Origin: Eledone cirrhosa
Taxonomy: Eukaryota
DNA: 64,000 nucleotides
Assembly: GCA_964016885.1 (NCBI GenBank)
Contig: OZ024741.1
Span: forward strand, 265,174,001 to 265,238,000
Reading direction: 5' to 3'
In this document: piece by piece, positions 37,776 to 51,100 of the stretch
Position numbering within the stretch: position 1 is the first letter of the stretch
Layout: each line of letters opens with the position of its first letter
Program-made: the position numbers and the translations under genes
The notes under the pieces: generated by a model
Told to the model about the DNA's origin: nothing
What the model saw: the letters and a program-made list of their open reading frames with translations, nothing else
Databases searched by the model: none

Positions 37776-38859
37776 GGAGGATACAGGTTCGGACGTCACA
37801 AACATATATATACACATACTCAACCACTTACAACGTCTGTAAAATGATATCTCACTTTCAAGTGTTCCAGTTAGGATCGGATTATAACAAACAAAAGTCC
37901 TGCTGGGCGTCGAGAAAATTTGAGGGGGCGACCTAGCATCTACTCGCAAGAAGTTAAAAGTACATAAATACAGTCCTACATATAATACTGTGCTGAGATT
38001 CTAGTATCTATCAATCCATCTATGCTGACCTCTAAAACAGAGGCGACGTCCCAAAGCAGGATCAGGTTAAAGCAACGAGGTCCCTGGGCTAAAGAACATC
38101 TACCCACAATACCTGAATCTTAAAAGTACATCATGCCGTTAGATTAAATGTTTTTTTAAGGTTTGTTTTGTCTTAATGGCTCGGGGGGTTGGTGGGGAGT
38201 TTATAGTTTAAGGACGCAAGGATAGGGTAGGGCACGGCCTATTACGGAATGGGGTTGTCGCTACAGATGCATGCATGGTCCGTAACTCTTGGGGGAGTCG
38301 TAGGGACGCCATATTGACATACGGCGTTTCTAGGGCATTTTTAAACATGGCGGGTCCCAATCCTCTCCAGGCCTGAATACAGCAGATTTCTTCCAGAGAA
38401 GGATAGAGAGTAAGAGAATGGAAGTGAGAAAGAGATATAGAGGAAGAATTAACCCCGTGACTATACTAGTACTTTCTTATCGGCCTTGAATGGATGAAAG
38501 ATAAAGTTGACCTCGGCGTGATTTGAACTCGGAGAGCAGAGAGCTGAAACGAATACCGCAAAACATTTTATCTGACGTTCTAACGACTCTGCCAGTTCGC
38601 CGCTTTGTCGGTGCAGATAAGTGTTTACCATACGGAAACTCCGTAATATAATAACTGTAGCTTAATAACGTATGTCTTCCCCATACCGGTGACTGGTGTT
38701 GCTGCTTTACGAAATACAGGAGTGCAGGCTGGTGGTTGGTTTGACGGGAATTATGAGTGCAGGTCAGCGGCTGGTTTAAAGGTATTTTCTTAGAATTTTA
38801 TTCACAGTTGTATAAATAACATTACAAATTGTTCACAATTCTTTCAGAATAACATTACA

Positions 38860-39300
38860 AATATGATATTGATGAACACAAATATAAACGCATAAAACAG
38901 ATACTGCCAACCATCATCAGAACCCCACCAAAACACATGACCAGTGCGAGCGAAAGAAAAAAGGGAGAAGTAAGAACAAAAACAAAAACGATCATCAATT
39001 CACCACCAAGTGTGACAATCGACCGCACATCACATCATAAGGGTTAACTAAATACTTTGAGGCAAGCCAACACGCTCGCAACATTACCACGCGTGATGGC
39101 GAGGCAAAAGCGCTGAAACAACCAAGCACCCTTACGGGAATCAGCTGACACCTCATTAAGGAGAGTTGCTAGTGATGACAAGAACTTCACTGTCAGCGGC
39201 CCAATTCCACCAAAGGTCTTAAACACCACAGACTGGAAGAAATAGTTATTAGATAAATCCAGGTATTCCCGAATTTTGTTCCGTTCGGCAACGGGGTGTT
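38860..39300 (-). mobile_element. CRE-clade non-LTR retrotransposon 3' fragment (restriction-like endonuclease end)
   Basis: VFKTFGGIGP..FL..L..WLFQRFCLAITRGNVASVL resembles the CRE C-terminal motif (FQRLS.A.QRGNA). Related pieces at ~28860-28935, 29850-29910 and 30180-30330. Confidence 0.7.
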
Positions 39301-40735
39301 GGAGTACTCAGCTATCTTATATACATTAATGTAGGCCTACACACAGAACACTGCAGAGGTTTCAGCAAAGCTCTAAAACAACAAAGATGACACCCAGAGA
39401 AGAGATATATTCAATAACAATATTTGAATGTTCTAAATTTTTGACAAAAATGCTGTGTTTAAAAAAGATCGTTTCGTAGCTATTATTTAACACGTTTTAA
39501 TATATATATAAAACGGGACCGGCATGCCTCAACTATGAGGTCCTGGGTAAGTGACTGACCATTCCACAGACATGTGTACCGTTAACCTAATTCTCAGGGC
39601 GATTCACCGTTATACAGTGCACGACAAGGTTGGCTGTTTGAATTACATGCACATGTCATCTTTTATGGCAGAAGTAGCTGATTATTTCACAGACACGTGT
39701 ACCTTAACGTAATTCTCAGGGAGATTCAGTAACACAGTCTATCATAAGGCTGGCTTTTTTAATCACAGCGTGTATGTGTGTAAGAGAGTGAGAGAAATCA
39801 TGTATTATTTCATTCAAGGGACATAACTCTAATAGATTGTTGACTTCAATTATTGCCCATCACATTTATACAGAATGTGACGACGAAAGCTTTGACAATT
39901 AAATAACCGCTTGGTTACTAAACCAACCGATGGATGGATTAGTTACCTCACTAGTTATGTTTTCTGATTTAAGCACAAGACCAGCAATTTAGGGGGGAGG
40001 GAAAGTCAATTATATCGATCCCAGTACTTGACTGGTATTATTGACCTCAAAATTTGACCGTTGCAAGATTTCAACAAAGAATGTAAAGAACCAGATCAGA
40101 TACTCTTAAGAATTTGCCTGGCGCACGAACAACTCTTCCAAGCCGCCACCCTCTCTGAACATTTAATAATCCTTTCTAGCATTGGCACAAGGTCAGCAAC
40201 TTATCGATTAAATCAACCCTACTGCATTACTGGTATTTTATTTTATTGATTCCGTAAGGATGAAAGGCAAAGCTAATAATAATGGTTTTTAAATTAAGCA
40301 CAAGGCCAACAACTTTTTGGGAGGAGGGGAAAGTTGATTAAACTTTATTTATCAACTCTGTATGGATAAAGTTGACCTTGGCAGGATTTTAACTCAGAAC
40401 TGCAAAGCATGTTGTCCGATGCTATAACAATCCTCTGCCCTCATTGAGTATTTATTTATTTGATAATAAAAAGAAAAAATAACAACATTTCTATTATTTA
40501 TTTATTTAAAAAATTGTTTCAAATATTTCACTTGAATATTTGACAATATAACAGAAAATCTTAAATTTTATAATTTATAAGGAAAAGTCATATGTAAAGA
40601 ATATGATTAAAATGTGTCCTGTTCTATGGCAGTGTTTACATCAGTATATAATTATATTATCTCTAAATTATATACACACATACATACATAAATATATATA
40701 TATATGAAAAATTCAGGACTCACTCAGGTGAGTAA

Positions 40736-40778
<43 letters not shown>

Positions 40779-42000
40779 TCATCATCGTTTAATGTCCATT
40801 TTCCATGCTAGCATGGGTAGGACAGGCTGTCCCTTTGTGAGAGATCAGGTCGGAGGACCGTGTTTCGTTCACACAGAACTGATTTGGGCTTGGTTTCTAT
40901 ATATATTCGTACATATATATATATAATGTATGTATATATGAGCATATATATTATATATATAATCTCTTTCTAAATTATGTGAAGCATTATAAGATATGTA
41001 GTTTAAAGTGTTTTAGAAATGTCAGTAAACATGCAAGTTGAGAAATAAAGAAGTGAAACAGGAGTGAAGTAAGAGAAAAGAAAACAAGGAGTTTACACTT
41101 TCACTCCCACTCACATCTCAGATGTAGAAGAGATGATAGGGTAGGATTCACTGCATCCACAACCAAATAGATTAAACCATTAAAATGCTGTTATATATTG
41201 GTAAATTACGTTTTTCAGCCAGTGGTGTTTGAAACGTTCGAAGGAGCTGGGTCTTTGACAATGAGGTTTTTGTCGTTGTTGGTGACTTGTTTTTTTTTTT
41301 TTAAGTATCAGATGAGTCTCATGAGAGTGTGCTAGGCTATTCTGGTGTCTCAGCCTTGCCACTACTTGTGGTAATGCCACAAATGTGTTGCTATGCCTTA
41401 GAGTTTTTGAAGGGAAACTTTAACATTTCATATTTTGGTGTGTAATTGATGGAGTGTGTAAGTCTTCTGTTTTAGAGGACAACACCAAAACTCCCTGTTG
41501 TAGTATTTAATTGAAGGAGTGTGTATGTCTTCTGTGTTTTAGAGGGCAACACCAACATTCTCTATCTTAGTGTGTATCTCATCTCAACCTTTTTTTTTTC
41601 TTTTCAGACTTTTTTTTTATTGATTTGTTTCTTTTGCAAATTATTAAATTAAATATTTTCTTAATACTCTTGTAATATAAAACCTGAGAAATGTTTTACA
41701 AAAGATATTAGAATTTCAAATCAAAAGTAAAAATGTAAACACCTTTTATTCCTTTGTCTTGTTTTACTCTAATTTTCATTCCTTTATTTTCTAACTTGCA
41801 TTTTTCTGGTTATTCTAAAACAATTTTTCTCTAAATTATACATAGAGACAACTATTAAAATGTTATATAAGTTATATAAATGTTTAAATTTTTTTTAGAG
41901 AACATTATGAAATAATTAATAACATCTTGTTAATAGATAGATCCTCTACTTTTCTCCTTCTTATTTTTTTTTTAGAAATATTTAAAGAATAAAAATGAAT

Positions 42001-42044
42001 TTAGTTTTCTTGAGAATTTCGGCGCTTAGTTCTTCTCTTCTTTT
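42001..42044 (-). CDS. IGFBP7/KAZALD1-like gene, terminal exon (EKKRRTKRRNSQEN*)
   Basis: Acceptor ttcatttatttgcag|AA, phase 1 compatible. TAA at 42003-42001, followed by AT-rich UTR-like sequence. Confidence 0.7.
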
Positions 42045-42624
42045 CTGCAAATAAATGAAAAGAAATTTAAATAAACATGTTCCTCATTTTTGTATCAACT
42101 CTTTTAATACCAACCCACCTGAAACTGCCCATGATTCTATGATATAAAGAAAACTATTCTTTTTAAAGGTTTTATATTTACTTTCGGGTCTTGAATAATC
42201 ATCCCCACCCAACCCAACCCCTCCCACTTATTAATTTTTACGATTTTTTCAAATCTCCCACCACACTCCTGTACTTATGGGAACAAAAAGGTTCAACAAA
42301 GGAAAATGGAAAGGCCTAATAGTAATAATTAGGGAGAGAGAGATTGACAGACAGATAGATAGCTAAGTAGACAGATGGATAGACAACAGATAAATAGACA
42401 GGCAGATAGATAGATAGATAAAGAAACAGACAGATAAAGAGCTAAATAGATAGGTAGATATAGATAGACAGATATTGATAGATAGGCAGAAATTAAATTT
42501 AAAAAAAAAAAAAGAAAAAAATTACATAGAACTCCAGAAATGGTTATAAAAAGAAACAGTAAAAAAAAAGAAAAATCCAAGACAGAAGAGGCAAGAGAAA
42601 TGACGCTATGGGGAGACAACTCAC

Positions 42625-42798
42625 CTCCATCCCTGACCTTCACACGGGCAGTGGCTTTATCTTTACCAATCTCATTGAAGGCAACACATGTGTAGTCAGC
42701 TTCGTGCATTTTTCGGAGGTTGATAATTTGAATCCATGCAGTTTTCTCATGGGGCTCTGGACCACCACGGATCAACGATGAAATGCTGCTGTCATCAT
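42625..42798 (-). CDS. IGFBP7/KAZALD1-like gene, exon (C-half of Ig domain)
   Basis: Boundaries ccag|AT..GGA G|gtgag. DDDSSISSLIRGGPEPHEKTAWIQIINLRKMHEADYTCVAFNEIG carries the RGGP..HE...W motif typical of the IGFBP-rP1/KAZALD1/IGFBPL1 Ig domain. Confidence 0.88.
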
Positions 42799-43064
42799 CT
42801 GGAAAATATATCAAGGAAATTCTGTAGTCTGTTGGTGGAGTCAAATTCTTTTATCTATTTTTTTTTTTTTTTTTTAATTTGAATGCATGCATCCCAAAGC
42901 AAATGATAATAATAATTGTTTCTACGTTAGGCACAAGGCCAGCAATCACCCAGTGTATTACTGGTACTTTATTTTATCGACCCCGTAAAGATGAAAGGCA
43001 AAGTTAACCTCGGCGGGATTTGAACTCAGAATGGCAAGGGCCGTAACAAATGATAATAATAATA

Positions 43065-43411
43065 CAGGTTCACAATCTCTTTTCCGAAAATCTTGAGATC
43101 AGACACTTTTCTGATTTCGGAATTTTTCGGATCTCTGAATGGAAGATTTTTAGCATAGATTTTAAAGTTTTTTTAGATAAAACATTACAGGGAATAGGTT
43201 GGCTTAGTGGTAGAGTGCTCGGCTCAGTGGTAGAGTGCTCGGCTCATGGCCGCACTGAGACACAACTGTGTGACCAGGGTTGACTGTGGGTCGTTTTGGG
43301 TCAAGTTTGGTGCTAAACGCAAGCTTTGATATGCAGACAACATCATGGGAAAATGTTCAGTTTTCAGAGTTTTTCGTTTTTCGGAATTTCGGATAAAAGA
43401 TTGTGAACCTG
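43065..43411. mobile_element. Tc1/mariner/pogo-type MITE in an IGFBP-like intron
   Basis: TIRs CAGGTTCACAATCT..TCCGAAA / TTTCGGA..AGATTGTGAACCTG, preceded by TA. Confidence 0.8.
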
Positions 43412-43494
43412 TGTTCATTACTGTAAACAATAATTGAGAAAATAGGATAAAGTACTCCTGGAAATGGAAAGGAAAAAAATGGTTTGAAACCTAC

Positions 43495-43647
43495 CAGGCA
43501 CTTGAGTGGTCTTGTTGTTAACATTAGTCTTCATCCAAATCACGTTTGGTACAGGGTTTCCCATAACCTCACAAGAGAGAACCACAACACCACCAGTTTT
43601 GTTGGCTGTGTGTTCAGGTCCACTTTTGATAACAGCCGCAGAAGGTT
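43495..43647 (-). CDS. IGFBP7/KAZALD1-like gene, internal exon (N-half of Ig domain)
   Basis: Boundaries tctag|AA..CCT G|gtagg. Translation xPSAAVIKSGPEHTANKTGGVVVLSCEVMGNPVPNVIWMKTNVNNKTTQVP matches the Ig I-set LSCE..G.P.P...W motif. It is missed by the ORF track. Confidence 0.85.
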
Positions 43648-45089
43648 CTAGATCAAATTTTAAAAAATAGAAAATATGTGTGAATATATGTCTGTGTGAA
43701 GGTGGGTAGGGTTATAGAGTGTAGAAAATATTAACCCTTTTGTTACCATAATCATCATTGTTATTCAACGTCCACTTTCCATGCTAGCATGGGTTGGACG
43801 GGTCTACATTGACCAAGTCAGTACTGAAGCAGGATTGCAGACCTCACACACAAACCAGGGAGTCTGTATTTCCCTTATGTATGGTGATACTTTCTATCAA
43901 GTGCACAGGAGAGGTTGTCATGTTTTTGACACAATTGAGGGTCCTCCCAACTCTTTGTTTGGCAAACTATCTACAGCTGAATGCCCTTCCTATCCAGACA
44001 TAGAAAGCCTGCCAATGGTTTTTAAATAACTTTGAAAATTTCCAAGAAGGAATTTAAAAGGATTTAGTAATATAATTTTCACATTATTAAGCAGGTGTTT
44101 GAAACATAACTTAACAACAGTTCTTATATAAAAATATGATAGGTTTTTAGATAAATATAAACACTTTAGAATCAATAGTTTTGTATTGTAAATCAAGATG
44201 TGGTTTGGCATCAAAAGGGTTAACAAAGGCTCTTGCATAAAATGATGAGGTAAGGTTTTTAAATAAATATAAACATTTAAAATCGTGTTTGATGGGAAAG
44301 ATTAATGAAATCTGTGGGCTGGATTTTGCCAACCTGTGGTCTGTGCAAAAATTAAATTGGTAAAAATAAAAAAATCATTTTACGTCCAAATTCAAATCCA
44401 GGGCCATCTCCCTCCTGTTGGAGGAACCCCTCCCTGGTTAACCTCATTTCTTCCTATCTCTGGCCATACAGGAGCTGAGGCATTGGGTCAGATTGTCATA
44501 CCATCTTCACTTTGGCCACCCTTTAGTTCTTCTCCACTGTCTTGGTGTTCACTCTGTCACTCTAATAGTTTATAGTTTTCAACTAACAATAACCACGCCT
44601 TGGATAACCCTCATTGGCTATGGTACCGCCTCTGCGCAAAGCTAGTCCATCTGTTGTCTCTGAGACAAGAGATGTGGCCAGCCCACCTATCCCACCTATG
44701 TTTGCTCTTCTTGATGGTCTCGATTATGTCCTTCACACCAGTCTGATGACAAATCCAGGTGTTGCTCTTCCTGTCACATAAAGTGATGCCAAGCATAATT
44801 CGCTCTATTTTACATTAGACTACAGCAAAAGTCTCTGCAGTGGTGGTATTGAGTACACATATCTCACTTCCGTATTTCCTCACACAAATGTCTTAAATAT
44901 CTTGGTATTTTAATTGATTCCAAACAAAATATTAAATTTCTGATTTAAGCAGTAAACTCCTTAATTACCACTTTTTAATCAGTTAATCAGGGACTCTTAT
45001 TGAATATACAAGTGTAATTAACAGTTGACCCAGCCATGAGAGGAAGTTCAGGAAATACTTTCACTGGTTCACCATAACAATTATATAAC

Positions 45090-45625
45090 CCATCTCATCA
45101 TCATCATCAACAATAACATCATCACCACAGCTAACATCATCATCACCATCATCATCACCACTACCATCATCACCACCACCAACATCATCACCAACATAAT
45201 TTTCATCATCATCACCACCAACATCATTTCCATCATCATCACCACTACCATCATCATCATCACCACCAGCATCGTCATCTTCATCATCACCACTATCATC
45301 ATCACCAACATCATCATCATCATCATCATCAGCATCATCATAACCAACATCATCATCAGCATCATTACTGCCATCATCATTATCACCACCAGCATCATCA
45401 TCATCATCACCAACACCACCACCACCAATATCACCATCATCACCAACATCATCCTCATCATCACTACTACCACCATCATCACCACTACCATCATCATCAT
45501 CATCATCACCAACATCATCATCATCATCAACATCATCATCATGATCACCATTGACATCATCACCATCACCACCACCATCATCACCACCATTGCCATTAAC
45601 ATCATCCTCACCACCATCATCCTCA
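45090..45625. repeat. (CAT/CAC)n trinucleotide low-complexity tract
   Basis: Direct inspection. Confidence 0.95.
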
Positions 45626-45629
45626 TTAC

Positions 45630-46310
45630 ATATTATATATGTAATGAGGATGATGGCATTGAAGACAGGACCAACCGATGAAGTGGACGCCACTGCGTAG
45701 TACCAAAGATCCCATCCTTCACATCAAGAATAAGAACCACATACTGCAATAGCCTGGGGTTCAAGGGACCCTAGTTTTTTAATAAGCTACCAAAAAAATC
45801 TGAGAGATCTATATGGCATACATGTAGATGTTTTCAAGAAACATGGAGCCACATGGCTTAGTGGTTAGAGCATTGGCCTTGCAATCGAAAGGTTGTGAGT
45901 TCAATTCTCAGACCGGGTGATGTGTTGTTTCCTTGAGCAAGACACTTTATTTCACATTGCTCCAGTTTACTCAGCTGTAGAAATGAGATGATAGGGACTG
46001 GGGTCCATATCATTCCACTGCAAAATAGTCGTGGAGGTGCCACGGCAAAAAAGCACCCAGCATTCACTGTAAATGAAGTTGGTGTTAGGAAGGGCATCCA
46101 GCTGTAGAAATCAAGCCAGAATCAGTTCCCGTCCCACCCTTGCAAGCAGGGAAAAAGCGGACGTAAAATGAAATGATGATAATGATGATAATCTCAACAT
46201 TTTGCTAACCAAGATCCCAGATGAACTCACAGCATGCGGCGAAGCGCAAATAAGGGCAGCAGCAACAAACTCCCTTTTGTATCAATGGCCAACCAAGGAA
46301 AGCTGGCTAT
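45630..46310 (+). mobile_element. CR1-group LINE 3' fragment interrupted by a SINE (45845-46189)
   Basis: NSLGFKGP..NKLPK..LRDLYG..VDVFK / ..LTKIPDE reads across the SINE. Confidence 0.6.
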
Positions 46311-47008
46311 AGAAAGTGTAGCATCAATGGTGGTGCCCCAGCATGGCCTCAGCCTGTCGGCTGGAACGCGTGATAGGGCAATATATACATATGTATGTAT
46401 ATATATATATACAATGATATATATATATATACAATGAGCTGTATAACAAAGTGCAGGGCAATAAAGATAGACGGTAGCCACGGAATAGGCAGACCTAGAA
46501 AAACATGGGATGAGCTGATAGACTCCGACCTCACACACTTACACCTCTCCAAGACAATGTCACTGGACCGAGACCTTTGGCGGTACTCAGTAACAGAGAA
46601 GACCTGCCTTGCCAGTAGGCATCTCTAACAAAATACACTCCGTCCCGCCACCACCCCCACCCCATCCACACCACCCCGTTCTATGTAAAGTTATGTTGGT
46701 GCCGCGCCATCCAGGCCGAAACAAATGAGATCGTGTAGGTGTCACGACAAAAAAACACACAGTCCACGCTGTAATGTGGCCGTGTAGGCAACACGGTAAA
46801 AACCTCCCAGACCCACACTGTAAATGTGGTTGGTGTTAGGAAGGGCATCCAACTGTAGAAAACCTGCCAGACAGTCCTATGCGAGCAAGACAATCACTCT
46901 TGCCTCAAGTGGGACTACCCCCGTCCAAACCCATGCAAGCGTGGAACACGGACGTTAAACGTTGATGATGATGATGATGATGATGATATTAAATAAATGG
47001 AAACTATA

Positions 47009-47103
47009 TTTATAAAACCATATTTACTCTATTATATATATTTCAAGGGTACCAAAACTTTGGTACGCTCTCATCAGATAAAATACAAAGTCTGTTTTAT
47101 AAA
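47009..47103 (-). ncRNA. Minimal type I hammerhead ribozyme (Penelope-type), solitary
   Basis: Minus strand reads TATTTTAT-CTGATGA-GAGcGTACCAA(AGTT)TTGGTACcCTT-GAAAT-ATAT-ATA^ATAGAGTA. Outer helix TTTATAAAAC/GTTTTATAAA. Confidence 0.78.
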
Positions 47104-47180
47104 TTTTGACATAACCAAGGAGAATATACCTTAACGGTTCAAGTTATCCTTGGATAGTCAAATAGAATATCCCTTCTGCT

Positions 47181-48167
<987 letters not shown>

Positions 48168-48169
<2 letters not shown>

Positions 48170-51100
48170 TTCTGCCGGACCGGCAACCGCTCTTTCAAAC
48201 CAGTTCCTGTACACAGCTAAGTATTCTATAAGTCTCTAGCTGTGTCATTCTCGATAAAAGCACTGGATATGTAGTCCTGATGAATTCTAACAAGAATGAA
48301 ACGCGTAGATTACTTCCCTTTCTTTTATCGAGAATCTAATTGTAATACGTGACGTATTCTATTCTATAGCGATTAGGTCTTCAAAATGTTTATTATAAAC
48401 ATACAGAATATTTTCGAATATTCTATGTCTATATTCACATATATATCGCTATTTCAGAGCATTTATTCCAATTTCTAATTTCTGCCGGACCGGCAACCGC
48501 TCTTTCAAACCAGTTCCTGTACACAGCTAAGTATTCTATAAGTCTCTAGCTGTGTCATTCTCGATAAAAGCACTGGATATGTAGTCCTGATGAATTCTAA
48601 CAAGAATGAAACGCGTAGATTACTTCCCTTTCTTTTATCGAGAATCTAATTGTAATACGTGACGTATTCTATTCTATAGCGATTAGGTCTTCAAAATGTT
48701 TATTATAAACATACAGAATATTTTCGAATATTCTATGTCTATATTCACATATATATCGCTATTTCAGAGCATTTATTCCAATTTCTAATTTCTGCCGGAC
48801 CGGCAACCGCTCTTTCAAACCAGTTCCTGTACACAGCTAAGTATTCTATAAGTCTCTAGCTGTGTCATTCTCGATAAAAGCACTGGATATGTAGTCCTGA
48901 TGAATTCTAACAAGAATGAAACGCGTAGATTACTTCCCTTTCTTTTATCGAGAATCTAATTGTAATACGTGACGTATTCTATTCTATAGCGATTAGGTCT
49001 TCAAAATGTTTATTATAAACATACAGAATATTTTCGAATATTCTATGTCTATATTCACATATATATCGCTATTTCAGAGCATTTATTCCAATTTCTAATT
49101 TCTGCCGGACCGGCAACCGCTCTTTCAAACCAGTTCCTGTACACAGCTAAGTATTCTATAAGTCTCTAGCTGTGTCATTCTCGATAAAAGCACTGGATAT
49201 GTAGTCCTGATGAATTCTAACAAGAATGAAACGCGTAGATTACTTCCCTTTCTTTTATCGAGAATCTAATTGTAATACGTGACGTATTCTATTCTATAGC
49301 GATTAGGTCTTCAAAATGTTTATTATAAACATACAGAATATTTTCGAATATTCTATGTCTATATTCACATATATATCGCTATTTCAGAGCATTTATTCCA
49401 ATTTCTAATTTCTGCCGGACCGGCAACCGCTCTTTCAAACCAGTTCCTGTACACAGCTAAGTATTCTATAAGTCTCTAGCTGTGTCATTCTCGATAAAAG
49501 CACTGGATATGTAGTCCTGATGAATTCTAACAAGAATGAAACGCGTAGATTACTTCCCTTTCTTTTATCGAGAATCTAATTGTAATACGTGACGTATTCT
49601 ATTCTATAGCGATTAGGTCTTCAAAATGTTTATTATAAACATACAGAATATTTTCGAATATTCTATGTCTATATTCACATATATATCGCTATTTCAGAGC
49701 ATTTATTCCAATTTCTAATTTCTGCCGGACCGGCAACCGCTCTTTCAAACCAGTTCCTGTACACAGCTAAGTATTCTATAAGTCTCTAGCTGTGTCATTC
49801 TCGATAAAAGCACTGGATATGTAGTCCTGATGAATTCTAACAAGAATGAAACGCGTAGATTACTTCCCTTTCTTTTATCGAGAATCTAATTGTAATACGT
49901 GACGTATTCTATTCTATAGCGATTAGGTCTTCAAAATGTTTATTATAAACATACAGAATATTTTCGAATATTCTATGTCTATATTCACATATATATCGCT
50001 ATTTCAGAGCATTTATTCCAATTTCTAATTTCTGCCGGACCGGCAACCGCTCTTTCAAACCAGTTCCTGTACACAGCTAAGTATTCTATAAGTCTCTAGC
50101 TGTGTCATTCTCGATAAAAGCACTGGATATGTAGTCCTGATGAATTCTAACAAGAATGAAACGCGTAGATTACTTCCCTTTCTTTTATCGAGAATCTAAT
50201 TGTAATACGTGACGTATTCTATTCTATAGCGATTAGGTCTTCAAAATGTTTATTATAAACATACAGAATATTTTCGAATATTCTATGTCTATATTCACAT
50301 ATATATCGCTATTTCAGAGCATTTATTCCAATTTCTAATTTCTGCCGGACCGGCAACCGCTCTTTCAAACCAGTTCCTGTACACAGCTAAGTATTCTATA
50401 AGTCTCTAGCTGTGTCATTCTCGATAAAAGCACTGGATATGTAGTCCTGATGAATTCTAACAAGAATGAAACGCGTAGATTACTTCCCTTTCTTTTATCG
50501 AGAATCTAATTGTAATACGTGACGTATTCTATTCTATAGCGATTAGGTCTTCAAAATGTTTATTATAAACATACAGAATATTTTCGAATATTCTATGTCT
50601 ATATTCACATATATATCGCTATTTCAGAGCATTTATTCCAATTTCTAATTTCTGCCGGACCGGCAACCGCTCTTTCAAACCAGTTCCTGTACACAGCTAA
50701 GTATTCTATAAGTCTCTAGCTGTGTCATTCTCGATAAAAGCACTGGATATGTAGTCCTGATGAATTCTAACAAGAATGAAACGCGTAGATTACTTCCCTT
50801 TCTTTTATCGAGAATCTAATTGTAATACGTGACGTATTCTATTCTATAGCGATTAGGTCTTCAAAATGTTTATTATAAACATACAGAATATTTTCGAATA
50901 TTCTATGTCTATATTCACATATATATCGCTATTTCAGAGCATTTATTCCAATTTCTAATTTCTGCCGGACCGGCAACCGCTCTTTCAAACCAGTTCCTGT
51001 ACACAGCTAAGTATTCTATAAGTCTCTAGCTGTGTCATTCTCGATAAAAGCACTGGATATGTAGTCCTGATGAATTCTAACAAGAATGAAACGCGTAGAT

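Noticed and set aside
45061-45693. Asp/Gly-rich 210-aa and Met/Val-rich 181-aa ORFs
   Set aside because: (CAT/CAC)n low-complexity tract with no splice or domain support.
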